Source: the human T2T-CHM13v2.0 reference genome, Homo sapiens. Taken from it: a stretch of DNA of 64,000 nt. The stretch lies in assembly GCF_009914755.1 (NCBI RefSeq), contig NC_060935.1, one strand, 5' to 3'. The notes below the pieces were generated by a model that saw only the letters and a program-made list of their open reading frames with translations, had not been told where the DNA came from and ran no database searches. The translations under genes and the position numbers were made by a program. This document shows, in pieces, positions 25,896-40,126 of this stretch. Each line of letters starts with the position of its first letter. The stretch's first letter is position 1.

Positions 25896-28639
25896 AGAAA
25901 ATATGACAGGTAGGTGTCACCTCTAGTTTTATAAATGAGTCAGTGGAGGCTGAAAGACATAATACACCCCATATCACCTGCTTTTTTCCCCCCTCAGAAA
26001 AGGGGGAAATAGTTTTAGTCAAGATAACCTGTATGAAAACAAGGCATTGAGTTATTTTTATAATAATTTATAACTTAAAAATAACAGTAGATCTTTCTTA
26101 ATTGTCCAGATAACAAAACTCAGTATGTACATTTTATAGCAATTATAATAATGTTATCATGACCATAATTTACCACACGTATCACCAGTCTTGTTTTCTC
26201 TTTCTCGAAAACACATGCTTTTCTGACTTCACACATAATCTTGCTTTCTTGTTTTTCACTATGTATCAATGAACTTGGCACCCATACTTCTTTGTCAGCT
26301 CCAGCAGATGACAATTTATCTAGGAATCTGAATACTTGACACATCCAAAGAGAATTTTTCCGAAAAGGTTTTTTTTTTTTTTTTTTTTTTAAAATCAGCT
26401 ATTAAATGACTCACCATGTAACTGTCCTCACTGAAGGATGATTTGTGATAGTGCCTGGCACTTGGTTGCAGGGTGAGCTATCAGTGAGTTGACTGGATGG
26501 TCACATGGCACCATAGTGTATTCTCTGGCAACACATATGACACATAGTTGAGACATCCTCAGTCACTCACATACTTTAGCAGAAACTAATTGTTTTGATA
26601 CTTTATGTTGCAATTATGCAAGTATATTTTACATATCCTTTTAAAAATCTGCACAATAGGAAGAAACACCAAGAGAACTCAACCATGACTTAATGAGCTA
26701 GATCAACTCTTCTTTTTTGTTGTGTTAAGAAATCATCTGTCCTTTTGATTCTAAGAAGCCTTTACTGGAAATATCATGAATTCAGGAGAGATCAGGATGT
26801 GGACATTCAGGGCATATAACGTTCTCCCGCTTTGTTCTCCAACTGTTTGGCCCACCTGGCAATTTGACTCCCATTGTATTACTCAATGCCTCTCCTAGGT
26901 TTTTCTTCTCTTTGGATTGGAGCCTGTCTCTGTCTTTCCCTATCAAGGCCTTGCCCCATCCCCTTCCTGATTCTCAGTCTTTTAGGTGCACAGAAACTGA
27001 CTTTGATTGTAGCTATCCCTTCTGATCGGATACTGCCTCTGACAACAAGATGTTCCCACTTGGCTCACCCAGCTTCCCAGTCAAGACATGGACTCTGATG
27101 TCCTTCTCTCTAGGCACATTGGAAGCTCCTTCTCGACAATAATGATCTTATACTTCTGTGTTCCTTCCAAAATGTAGCCCAAGACTAATTAAAATTAGTA
27201 AATACTCATTTGTCCAACTTATTGGTTTGTGGCAGCCAATTGTTCTTTCCATGATCCCTTTAGCTTTGAGTAGTTACAGTCCCATAAATCTGGGTAAAAA
27301 CCCTTTCTTCCATGAGGTTATGGTGGAAGACCTCTGCAGAAGCACTGTTTCCCTGCTGCAGACACTCATAAGCAGGTGTGTTTAAATTTATCCCAGAAGA
27401 TGGCTGGGCACAGGCCGGGAAACAAGAGACCAGTCAGTGAGAGCAGGCACCGTGTTGGTACTCCCTTCTCCTACAATCTAGCAAAATTCTTTGGGGTCCT
27501 ATTCTTTCCCTAGTGCTTGAATTTCAATATCTACCTCCTCCCCCACAAACTCAGCTCTTGCTCTACATCAGTCTAAATTTACTGGTCTCCCAGCCTCTCC
27601 TTCCTATTAAATTAGATATTAGAGAGATCCATCAAGCCAGTGCTGCTTGAGGGTACAGTTTACAGTCCCTGTGCCTAAATCACTGGATGCTGTGGCTCGG
27701 ATGGACCTAAATTTATCTACAGAATTACATGAAACCCTCTTGTTTTCACTTGTGCAGGTGTTCAGGTCCCGTCACACTACCTAATAAAACACTGAACTGC
27801 CCTGGAAGGTCTCAGCAAAATAATCCCATGTTATTATCACTTGGCATTCCTACAGCTCTTTATTTTTTATCTTCTGGTGGCGATGGTGGGGGGTGTGTGT
27901 TTACGATCATTTTATTAGCCTTTCCACACAAGATTCGTTTTTTATTAAAAACACAAATATCATTATAAATATCTTGGTAGAGAGGTAGAGAAGAGATTTT
28001 GAAAGAGACTAGGCAAAAGGATTAAATATCTATAGGTTTAAACTGTTGCTAAAATAAATGCTCACAATATAGCCATGAACTTTTTTCTTAAAGGTAGCCT
28101 TCATTAATTATCTTTCCAATGGGAAGTAACAGCTGAGACCTTAAAAGCCAGATATGTCGCAGGGAAAAGGCAAGTTTATGGAGATGATGTTAAGAAAAAT
28201 CTGGTGTTTAGAAAGTCTTGTTTTCTATTTTCTGTAGTTACTTCCTGCTCAAAACTTTTTCTCATTTGTGCATTTCTGGTTATATAATCTGGATCTTGTT
28301 ACGGCAACATTAAAGTGGATTTAAAAAACAAACAAACAAACAAAAAAACAATTGCTGGTGAAGCATCCTAATTGGTAAATACAGATAATAGGTACATGAC
28401 ATTTGGGAGTTTACAAAGCACCTTTATAATGATAATCACATTTAAATCTCATGACAACCTTGAGACAGGTACACTTAGAAACCCCTACTGCAGAGGAGGA
28501 GACGAGGGCACAGAGGGGACGAGGGACTCACCTGCTGTTATACTGCTAGTGAGCAGCAGAGCCTGGACTCGAACCCAACTTCTCTTATTTCTGTTTCAAG
28601 GTCTTTCTATAATCACACATTGTTTCCCAAAGAAACAGC

Positions 28640-28910
28640 CTTGTTCATTCATTCAATCAACTGTCTGTCTATAGCTATCCATCCAAAACGTTTATGAAAG
28701 ATCTACTATATACCAGATACTGTCTAGAACCCTCAGCTTGGTAGGGAAGACAGCAAGTGAAGGGATGATAATAGTAAACTGTAACAAGTGCTCAGACATT
28801 AGCACTGGGGCTCTGGAAAAACAAAGAATGGACACTTAGCCTGAGGTGGAGGGGAAGCTCAGAGTAAGGGAAGGCTTCCTGGAGGAAGCAGTGCTGGAGC
28901 CAAGTCTGGA
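28640..28910 (-). mobile_element. L2 LINE 3' end
   Basis: ttcattcattcaa tail; agggaaggcttcctggaggaag. Confidence 0.7.
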
Positions 28911-31900
28911 TGTGTATGGTATTTAACAAGCATGTATTTCCCTGGGTTGTCCCAGTTTCCTAGGCACCACTTATTGGCCACTTCTATGTCACTTTTAGTT
29001 GAGCTCAGTTGTCAAGAAAGTAGTAGGGCAGAGCTAGCTAAAAAGGGAAAGGCATTCCCAGTGAAGGAACTTTGAGTGGTAAGGTGACCCAGAGAAGGCT
29101 GTAAAACATGGCGTGGGGAAAGTGCCCCAGACAAGCATCAGGAGACCTGGTTCTGGCTCCCAGCAATCTCTGTCCTTTTTCTAGGCCTTGTTTTCTCAAC
29201 AGCAATATGAAAGGATTAGATCTTTAAAAAGTTAGAAGGGTGGATTGCATTGCCCCAAGGAAGCAGCAAGAATAGGGCAAATAGGAATGTTGTCAGGGAG
29301 CATGGAAGGGTGCTATCTATGTCTTCTTGTAGTTTCACACCTGAGTACTTGCTATGGGGGCTGGCCATGCCTTCTTATAACCTTTGCACTAGCTCTTTCT
29401 TCTGCCTGGAAAGCCTTTGACCATCTTGTCCATCTGCTAGCCTCTAACTCCTACCCTGCTCTGTTCCTGTTCCCAGGCAGATTCAGGGGTCCTTCTCAGC
29501 TCCTGCAGAGCCCCGGGGCTACAGCATGTTTATCCCCCTCGCTGTGTTTGGATATTTGCATGCCTCTGTCTCCACTTGGCCATAGGCTCCTTGGGGGAGA
29601 GACTGCAATTCTTATTTCCATATTCCCAGTATGCAGCACTGTGCTGAGCATGACACATATGTGAATATATGAGGGGGAATTGTGGACTTGGCTTGATTAT
29701 AGGTCTTCAGGTTGAAGGAGATTTCCAAAAGATGACTTGGGTATTCAGAATAAAATACGTTCATGCCCATTTTACAGACAAGACTCTCAAGGCCCTGGGA
29801 GGTTAGAATATGTACTGGGAAGGATAACCCAGGTCTCCTGCTTCCCAGGGCAAAGGTTCTGCCATTCCATGAAAATTCCCAGGAATCCAATTTCATTTCA
29901 TTCCTTTAGCAAAACAGAGGGGCCTTTTTGTTGGAGTAAGCTGAAGGAGATGGGAGTGGGGTGTAACAGCTCAACTTGACTCTGGGAGTGATATGAAGTG
30001 TGGGAAGGTTCATTTGGGTTACAGCCTTTTGAATAGATTAAGGAGGTGAGGCTGGGAGGAGGCAGGTGGAAGATCAGAGGAGACAGCATTTGACAAGGCA
30101 GAGCTGTCTGGGGTCTGAACAAACAGCTCCTCTCCAGAGAGACAGGAGCAGGGCTTCTCAGAGCGTATGTATGAGACAAGCTCCATGTGCAGTGAAGTGA
30201 TGCGTACCGCAAACACATTTCTCCCATCCGCTTCTGCTGTCACAGCCCCAGCCCCCCTACACATGTCATTTGTCTTCTGGCTTCCAAGTTGCAATGGACT
30301 TTCAGGCAAGCAGAAAACAAGGAGTGAGCTTTTGGGGGTGCCCGCTTCATTTTCACGTCCAGTCGTCACCACCTTGGGGTATTCCTTTAGTTTTCTTTAT
30401 TACCCCCCTGCCCTGAGTTTATTCCTTGGCAACATGCCCCTGGCTCGGTGGGGCCTATGGTGCATCCTCCTGATGAGAGACACCTTATCTGCTCCTTGGC
30501 AGACGTGGGGAGGTGGTGCGGGGTGCACGCACTGAATCGCTGATAGATGCCATGCACGGAATCAGCGCGCACCCTTAATAAAGAGCGGCGCCTCACTATT
30601 TGTGGTGATAGGGCCGGTCGTGATAACAGCATCTCCTTCAGATTGGCTTTTGAAATGGCAGATGGAGGGCTGGGTGGGGGTGGGGTAGGGAGTCGCTCAC
30701 GGAGGAGATGCTCCCTGTCATGAAACTGACTTCGTGTCTGCCAGTGCTCTAGGTGTCAAGCTGAGGACAGGTTTGGCGCCTTCTTTGATTGTCTCCTCTG
30801 AAAGAATAGCTGATCAGCACACACACCTTAGTGCTGCTAAGGGCGTGCAGCAGCTTCTGAGGATCCGTCGGGTCCACAAGGCAGGTCATGCACTGGCACC
30901 CCGCTCTGAGCTCCCTGAGGGCAGGGGCTTTGTTGTTTTCTTCCAGTTGTCCCACCCCAGGCTCGGTGCTGGGCATGTGGAGAAATTAAGTGTGTCAGCA
31001 GAGGCCCATGGCCTGAGTTCAAGCCCTGGCTTCGTCCCTCACTCCCTGTGTGGTTTTGGGCAAATTACTCAACCTCTCTTGAATCTCTTCCCCAGTGTGT
31101 GCAGGGGCAGGGCAGAGAAGTTTCCTGGAAAGGCTGCTGCCAAAGCTGAGTCTTGAAGGAGGAGGAGGAGGACTGTCTGGAGGACTTTTGTGGGCCAGTG
31201 AAGTTGGCTCCATAGATCCACGGGGCTGGTGGTGAGGAGATTGGAAACTTGCAGTGTGGCTCAGGGTCAGACAGACTGGATGGGGCGTGAGCAGGGGCAA
31301 GGACACTGAGGCCCTGGTGACTGGGCGTGGGGTCACTAAGGGAAGTAATAAGGTGGAAAAGTCAGAGGGGTCAGAGAGAGAACTATTAATATTTAGAGAA
31401 TAAGAGCAAGGCCTATTACTTGGGAGCAAGGGGGTGGTTGAGAAGGGATGCTGTGAAGCAATGACAGAAGTAGGGAAAATTTCAAGTGAAATTCAGAAGA
31501 CATTCACATCTGTACATCATACTTGCTTCACTGGAAAATGTCCTTCTTCTGTCCATTTCCTAGTTATGTTCTGAAGCAGATACCTGAGTGGCCGTTGTGG
31601 AGGAAAGGGCAGAGAAATGGGAGGAGAGAAAGTGACGGCCTCCTTAGATTACTGACACCTGCTGGGCTTGGCCACATCCGCTGCCCTGACTCTTCCCTCC
31701 TCCGGCATCTTCCCGGTCCTGTTGTGGCTCTGGTGAGCTGACCAGAGCTTCACATGGACTTCTTCCAGGTCTTTCTCTATTTCACGTCAGACTGCCTGCT
31801 TTCCTTGGCATTCCTCTGAGACTTCCTCGCATTCTCCTTTTTTTCTGTTTTGCTGTCTGCAGGCAATCCAGCCACGTAATTCTCTGCTCACCTGCCAACA

Positions 31901-32868
31901 GTGTCTTCCCAGGAAGCATTTCTACTCCCGCCAGCACCAATAATTTAACAGGCTCTTCCAAATCACCAAACACCATTCCAAAAACAGATTTAATTAACAT
32001 CTTGGTTAGCTTTAGTATCTATAGTTATAGACATATATAATAAAATTATATAATTAATATAATTTATTATAGTTGCAAAAGGGATAAATACGGCCATGAT
32101 GGTTTTTACCTTCCAGGCTCCTGCATAACACATCCCTTTTACCTAATCTTCTTCATCCCCTTATTGTTGCCATGTTACTTGCAGTTAACCATGTAAGTGG
32201 AATCTTTTTATGCAAAGAAATAAAACTAATAGCGTATATCTTCTCTCTACTCTGGCAACAGTCTAGTCAGTCTTAATGAGATTTGAATACAACACAGTGA
32301 TGTTGATACCCATCAAGCTTGTTACAGTGGGATTCTCTCCATATTGAATTTCCTTAGGCCACTGCTGTTCCCTTGCATTAGATATTTCATCCCTGTGGTT
32401 CTAAAAGTCTGGAAGACACTAGCTAGAAATTGTGCTGGTCTGGGAAAATCATGGCATGCTTGAACTGTCTCTGGAATTTCCATGTCCTGTGATCTAAAGG
32501 GCTGCTCAGGAAGTGGAGTGCTTCTGAGTAGGTTACCATGAGGCATGTGGGTGTGCAGGAGGGAAGAGCTCCCATCTCCGGGGATCTTCCATGACATTCT
32601 CCATGACAGCAGGCCAACAGGAAGTGGCAGAACCTTCATGACAAAGCATTGGAGGTCAGTGTGCTCTGAGGCATTATGAATCATCCCATGGTGTGACGTG
32701 GAGGAAGGTACACCCTCTGTCTGGATGGTGGAATCAGTGGAGTAGATTTTCTGCATAAATTATAAATACAAAGCCAATCATGCTGCTTCTCTGCTATGGT
32801 CTTCCACTAACTCCTTGCCACCTTTGCAAAATGCCCAAGCTCTTGAGCAGAACAAAGAACCACTTGTG

Positions 32869-32981
32869 TAAAGTGGCCAACTGTCCTGCTTTGCCTGGGA
32901 TTTAGGGTTTTCCTGGGACATGGGACTCTCAGTGCTAAAACCAGGAAAATCTGGGCAAACCAGGCTGAGCTTTCCACCCTA
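32869..32981. mobile_element. MER81 hAT-Blackjack MITE
   Basis: 113-bp near-palindrome: taaagtggccaactgtcc...ctctcagtgctaaaaccagg...ccacccta. Confidence 0.85.
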
Positions 32982-33079
32982 TGACTATGACCTAGGTCCT
33001 CAACTACCCCACTGCAGCCCCACCTCCTTCCACACACTGAATAGTAAGCACTAGTGGTTCTAAATGGGTTGTAGTGGTT

Positions 33080-33475
33080 TCCAGTGTTTCTTGCCTCTTT
33101 GCCTATACCTGTGTTCTCTCTGCTTCCTAGAAGCCTTCCCTGGCTTCCCTATCCTTGCCTAACTGATTCTCCTCATCCTTTGACATTCAGCCAGGCATCA
33201 CCTCATCTAGGAAGCCTTCACTGACCCACCAAAGTTGAGGGAGATTCTCTCCTCTGCTCCCCTACTATCACAGTTATCACTCTATACCTTCTCTGTCAAT
33301 TTCCTTGTCTCTCTACTCACTGGACTTGGAGCTTTGTGAAGGCAGGACTATGATTTATTAGATTTGGTATTCCTGGACCCTAGCACAGTCACTGGACATA
33401 AATGTTCATTAAACACTTAATTTAAGGATTTATTTAATTACATAAATATTGAAGTGAATGAGTGAATGAATGAAG
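33080..33475 (+). mobile_element. L2 LINE 3' end
   Basis: catcacctcatctaggaagccttcactgac...gagctttgtgaaggcaggac...gtgaatgagtgaatgaatga. Confidence 0.75.
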
Positions 33476-34363
33476 TCATAAATGGTAAAATATAGTCCAG
33501 GTGCTGGGGATCTTTCAAAATCTGGGTGCCTGTGTTCTATCTGCAAGCATGCGGAGTAGTTTATGAAACATACGGAGACCCTGACTCTTTCCAGAGATGA
33601 GAAAGGAAGTGTGGTAGCTCAGGGCCACCAAGCTTGCTGCCCAGGGAAGAGGGCATGGATAGTGAGGTGGGGATATTTGATGAAGGTGGTGGCAGGATAG
33701 GGCTCTGAAGCGAGCTGGTGTCCTGGGAGTTGGGATTGGGAGAGGAACAGGTCAGCACTGGGTATAAGTGGACCAAAGAGAAATAACGTCAGGGCAAATG
33801 TGGCCATTTGGTTTTTTGGTGCCAAAGAGATATTCTTAACTAAGATGCCTTCACAAATGGAGGCTGGAGCCAGAGAAAGAGAGATGGGAGATACAGGAAG
33901 GCAACCAGAACTAATTAGGTTCCTTTTAGAGGGGCCGTTTCTGGGTTTCTGAGGACAAGAGGGGCTGTGAAGCCACCAGACAGGACCTGGGAAAATCAAA
34001 GCAGCTCTGGGCAGTGTGTCCTATGCCAATCTGCTGGGTCGTGGCCAGAGCTAGTCTGCAGGCTGCTCACTGGGGCCATCACCACCTGACCCCCAGGTGG
34101 GAATGCTGCTGGAAAGAGAAGACTCCTGGGCTTCCAGGGGGCTGCCTTATGTGCTGGAATCTCTGTCTGCAGGATGAATATTTCAGAAAGGCAGCTGGGA
34201 AAGGCAGTGCCTTTTTAATCTAAGCTGAATGGCGCCTGAGGGGGAAGGGCGCAGTGTCCTCGGGAGTGGAATAATGTGCTGCAACACCATGTTCCCAGTG
34301 TACAATGGGACAGGAGGTGAGCGTGGGAGACAGCTTTGGCTATAGAATTCTTTTTCTTTCGGC

Positions 34364-34424
34364 CCATGCTGAATGAGAGCCTGGAATTGTTGCCATGCTG
34401 AATGAGAGCCTGGAATTGTTGCCA
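34364..34424. repeat. Perfect 29-bp tandem duplication
   Basis: ccatgctgaatgagagcctggaattgttg twice, followed by cca. Confidence 0.97.
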
Positions 34425-34699
34425 GTGACCTTCGACAGCAGCACGGGGTGAGACAATTGTGCCGACTGGCAAACCTTGATGAATTGGAACTTGTCGGGGA
34501 GTCAAGCAGCGTCTGCCGTTCATGCAGCAGCTCGCTCCAGCCAGATGCTCCGGCAGCCCACTTATAGGCTGTGCTTTCCACACATGACTTTGCTTCACGG
34601 CAACAACAGCTCTGTGGGAAGTAATTGTCTCCCCCACATTGCAGAGGAGGAAACTGCGGCCCGAAGTCTAATGACTGAAAATCACAATGCCTGGCACAT

Positions 34700-34960
34700 C
34701 ATCCCAACAATAGTAGCTGAAACTTATATAAGGTTTGCTCTGTGTCAGACATTGTTCTAAGTGCTTCTATAGGTAGAACCCATTTCATCCATATAACCAC
34801 CTCATATAGCTTCCATTATTCCACCCATTTTATAGATGAGGATGCTGAGGTACAGAGAGATTAAGTGGCTTGCCCAAGATTGCATAGCTAGTACATGACA
34901 GAGGCAGAACTTGAACCTAGGGAGTCTGACTCCAAAGTTTGAGTGCTTGATCATTTACTA
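34700..34960 (-). mobile_element. MIR SINE, near full length
   Basis: cccattttatagatgaggatgctgaggtacagagagattaagtggcttgcccaag...tctgactccaaag. Confidence 0.85.
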
Positions 34961-35177
34961 TACACTTTGTATATAGACAGCACTCAATAACTGTTAGCTG
35001 CTATTACTCTTATTACCTCCAAAGGCATATAGCTTGTGAGGCCAGAGCTGGGATTGGATACGGGATGTCTGACTCCAGGGTATCTACATTGAATTTCTAC
35101 ATTAGGCTGATTGAGGGATTTGTGGATTTTTCTTGTTAACTGAGGCTTAGGAAGAAATCCCATTTGCCTTCAATCCT

Positions 35178-35560
35178 GTGACAGACACTGCTATAGTGCA
35201 CTAGCATCTCTATTCTCTCTGTCCTGGCTCACAGCCCCACCACACACCCCTGCTTCCTTTACAGTTAACTGTGGCCATGTCAATGAATTCTAGCCAACAA
35301 AATATGAGCAGAAGAGCTGTCCACCACTTCCAGGCTTGGCCCCTCCTCCCAAATAACCTCATGATACCAGAGGACTTAAAGGAGAGCCATAAGGTGGCAG
35401 TAGCCTGAGTACTTGAATAGCTACATGGAGCAAAGCCCCTCAATTTGCCCCCAGCATTAAACTATGATGTAAGCAAGAGATCATCTTTTATTGGGTTAAG
35501 TCAATAAGTTATTTACATTGTTATAGCAGTCAGTTTCTCCCACCCCTGCTCCCAACAATA
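35178..35560 (+). mobile_element. MLT1 (MLT1J/I-like) MaLR LTR
   Basis: tgtggccatgt...ttctagccaac...ccacttccaggcttggccc...acatggagcaaagcccc...ttgttatagcag. Confidence 0.75.
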
Positions 35561-35854
35561 TAGACCCTTTTTAAAAAGCCCTTGAGAAATGCCTTAGTCT
35601 GCGTCTCTACCACAGTAAAGAGAAGCTGAGAGAATCAAGTTTTGAAACAGCACAGACTTCGGCGTCACACACAACTGAGTTCTGGTCCCAGGTTACCATT
35701 TCATGACTGTGTGCCTCAATCTCTCTGAACTCCACGGGCCTCCTACGTGAAATCAAGGTAACACTACCCTTGCTGGTATTGCAACGCATCAGAAGTAATT
35801 CAGCCAAAGCCCCTAGGACAGTGCCTGCTGTATACTTGCTCAATAAGCGTTAAA

Positions 35855-36395
35855 GCTTTTTCCTTTCAATGAGAGAGTAGTTGGACAATATGCGTCAAAA
35901 CCTAAATGTTTGTATTCCTGTTAACCCAGCAATTCCACTTCCAGGAATTTAGTCTAAGAAAATAATCTTGGATGCTCAAAGATTTAGCTCTTAAAATGTT
36001 TATCCTCATGTTGCATATAAGTGAAAAGTTGGAAACAAGGTAAATTTTCAGCAATAAGAAATTGGCTAAATAAACCATGGTGCATCTATTTAATTGAGAA
36101 CTATTCAGCCATTAAATATTATGTAATAGAAGACTGTGCAAAACATGAAAAAATATTCAGAGTAGAATATTCAAAGTAGAAGAAGCAAATTACATAACAG
36201 TGTATGTTCCATGAACACATTTTTAAAAATAGAGACAAAAACGTATATATGCAGAAAGAAGAGACTAAAAGGATACATCTTAAAATATAAAATGTTTATC
36301 TCTATGGAGTGGTATTTGTGTATTTTTCTTCTTTGGTTATATGTAGTTCCACATTTTCCATGGTAAACAGATATTACTTTGGTAAAGAGAGTAAA
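35855..36395 (+). mobile_element. L1ME-type 3' fragment
   Basis: acccagcaattccacttccaggaattt...ttggctaaataaaccatggtgcatcta...ctattcagccattaaa. Confidence 0.8.
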
Positions 36396-36964
36396 ATGAG
36401 TTATAAAAAGTTATTTTTTGGCCTTGCCTGCATTAGCTGTGACCTTGAACATCCTTTATCATCTTTATCATTGTGCAGATGTTGACTTGGACAGTGTGAG
36501 AAACAAAGACAAATGTGAGTTGACTCAGGATATCTGTGGAACTATCGAGGATAGGGTTGGATTGCTGTCATTTGTGGCTTAATTGGGTGCTGGTTGTTGG
36601 ATTTTTAGTATTATGGGTGTTATTTGCATGGACTCATGTGCACCACTCATCTCTCCACCCCTCACCTTCCTTGCAAAAGTGCTGCTTCTAGTGTGAATCC
36701 TGTCATGGATAGGACCATGTATCCTGTACACTCTCCAGGTGCCCAGTGAATATGAGCTTCTCTGAACTGACTGAAGACCACAAGATGAAAACTGGAAACT
36801 CGCAGCCTTCATACAACAAGGCATCTGGTATGGAAGCGTTCAGTGCGGGCTTCTCTGGCTGATACACTCGCCATGGACCTTGCTATCCCTGAGCTGGGAC
36901 CCTAATGGATGTGCATGAGTTTGTCTCCAACTTGTAAAAAATGTGCTTTTGCAAGAATGAGTGA

Positions 36965-37300
36965 ATCACAGACTGAAAGAATATATTTACAATGCATACA
37001 CCTGACAAAGGTTTCACATCCAGAATATATAAAGATTTCCTAGAAATGCGCAATAAAAAGACAACTCAAAAAAATGGCAAAAGACTTGAACAAGCACTTC
37101 ACAAGAGATATGAGAATGACTATTAAACACACAAAAAGAAGTTCCACAGCCTTGATAATAGGTAAAATGCAATTTTAAACCACTGTAAGATACCATTTTA
37201 TACTCACTAGAATGGCTAAAATACGAGAGTCTAACAATTCCCATGATTGGTAAGGATATGGAGCAAATGGGATCTCAGTTCAGTGCTATTGTAAAACCAG
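36965..37300 (+). mobile_element. Old L1 ORF2 3' fragment
   Basis: atatttacaatgcatacacctgacaaagg...atggcaaaagacttgaacaagcacttcac...ctagaatggctaaaat. Confidence 0.8.
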
Positions 37301-37724
37301 TTTAAATTCTGGTTTATGTTAAACTCTGTTCAAAATGATTTGATGTGATAAAATAGTTTTGGATAAATATGTTTATTCATTCATGCACTTATCCAACAGT
37401 TATATATTTAGAGTTCATGGTGAATAAAACAAAGTTAAAGCCTTCAAGAACCATAAAGACAGTTCGCAAAAGGAAGCCTTGTTAAGTTAGCCACCATATA
37501 GCTAGTGCTATTTATCATATTTTCTTGATCCTCAGATATATGTATTATCTTACAACAAATTTCAAAATACACCTGACAACTGCAAAAAATGTTTTTGCAC
37601 CAAAGATTGAAGTCTTGAGGCACCTGTGTTTTTCTGTCATTTTCTTCACAACTTAGACCTTTGTTCATCAGGAAAGAGATGATTTTTAACCTCTTGCCTT
37701 TGCCTCTGCATTTAAGTTCTTTGA

Positions 37725-38133
<409 letters not shown>

Positions 38134-39994
38134 CAATATAGCTCCATTTTTGACCCCTCAATGTAAAAACAATTATCTTAAATTAACGCAGTCTTAAATT
38201 GTACTTTGACATGGCTTTGTTTACTTGCCCCAAAGCATGAATGCAAGCAAAGATAAATGCATTTAACAATCGTTTGGGTGCCCAGCATTGAATCAAACAC
38301 AGAAGGAACAGCTCTGAAGTGAAAAACTGATATCATTTTATAATGAGAGGGGTTCTGGTTTTGAAGTCAGAGAACTGGGTTGCTCTATTGCTGTGTGATG
38401 TCTTATGTGATCTTGGGCACATCCCTTTAATTTTCTAAGACTCTGTTTTTTCCTGGATGGAATGGGTATGATACTACCCATCTCATATGGTTGATTTAAA
38501 TGGATCAGGTATAAACATCCTGGCATGTAATAGGTGCTCAGTGAATGCCTGTTGAATCTGAATCTCAGTGGAGGCATAAGATGCACTCCAACAGATTCTC
38601 AGAGACAGCGGGAGACAGTGGGGAGCCTATATTATCAAGTTCACGTTTGGACTGGTACAGCTTTTAGTGTAACTTCTACCCAAGGATTTTTCAGCAGCTT
38701 CCACTGAGCCATAGTATAACATCAGGAAATGTGTCAATAACTTTGACCTTGGTTTGGTATGTGAGTTGGCATAACTAAAGTGAGTTTTTGAAGCAAGCTC
38801 CCAAACAAGCCCCTTATCTCTGTGACTCGAAAAGGCAATGGGTAAAGGGTAAAACAAGTGGGAGCACGGACATGATATTCAGAAATAATTTCCTGGAAAA
38901 CAATCAAGCATGGGAGGGGCTCAGGGTAAAAATAGGGGGAGGTGACACCCACTCAATGGAAGGACAGTGGGGTCTTTCTTTGGGGTAAAGTATAGGCAAA
39001 GGCATGGGATGGGTGCTGGGAGCTGCTTATCAAGGCTACACAGGTGGTTACTGCCTGATCCAGGACAAGAACTCACATTTCATCCTCCAAGTATCCTTTT
39101 TTTGTTCCATTTCAAAATTTTCTTTGATAATTTCATTTTCTTGGTCTCTCATTTGCTAAGTGTGCTCACACACACACTCGCACTCACACACACTCTCTGT
39201 ATACACATACACGAGACAGTTGATTGGTTCACGTTAATCATTTAAAATTTTCCATATCCTGCTGGGTAGGTTTTAAGCCTCTGTGATCCCAATCAGCTAG
39301 GTGCTCAGGGAGCATGGTGGCGGGAGGAGGAGTAGCAGTGGAAGGACATCCCAGAGCTTTCTGTCTCTGAGATTAGAGGATGACAGCTCTAAAGAAAAGG
39401 AGGTAGTTAGGATGCAATGGCATTCCGAGAAAGGGCTGCATAAAGACTGGAAGCATGGAAGTTTCAGACACTGCTTGTAGTTCAGGCTGCTGGAGCATGG
39501 GCTGGGAGGTGGGTGGTGCACGAGAGAAGATGCTGAGTCTCACCACCCATTTCCTCCAGGGGACATTTTCTTCCCCTTCCCAGTTTTGCTAGCCAAGTGG
39601 AACGGAAAAGTATATTCTTCCTCAAGCAAAGAGACAGGAAGGGATTGAGTAGTTGGTGGGTATTGAGTGAGGTTGCCAGGTCGCAGGCAGCACTGGGGAC
39701 TTGACCCAGAGAGTCCCAGAGACTGGAAATAGAGGACTGGAGCCATTTTAATGCCAGTGAAGATGGTTAAAACTGGTTCAGAGGAACAACTCTGTAGTCA
39801 TTTGTTTTCTTTAAGTCTTCCTCTTTGCTCTAATTTGATTTAAATAGAGTTCTTTGATTTTCAGCCTAATTTAAAAGTAGCATTTACAGAAAAAAAAGCA
39901 TAATGGAGAGGAAAAACTTGCAAATGTGTGGTTCCCTTCTATGAATCTTTGACCTGATTCACCCACTTGTTCTCTTATGCATCTCCTCTCTCAG

Positions 39995-40126
39995 TGAGCC
40001 AACCTCCAGCAATGACATTGCCTGTGAGCTTGTGAGAAATGTAGAGTCCCAGGATCTTCCCCAAGACCTCCAGAATTGGAATGTGCATGTTAACAAGATC
40101 CTCAGGTGATCTGAATGCACATGCTA
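39995..40126. mobile_element. MER5-like hAT-Charlie
   Basis: gagcttgtgagaaatgtagagtcccagg...tgcatgttaacaagatcctcaggtgat. Confidence 0.7.
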
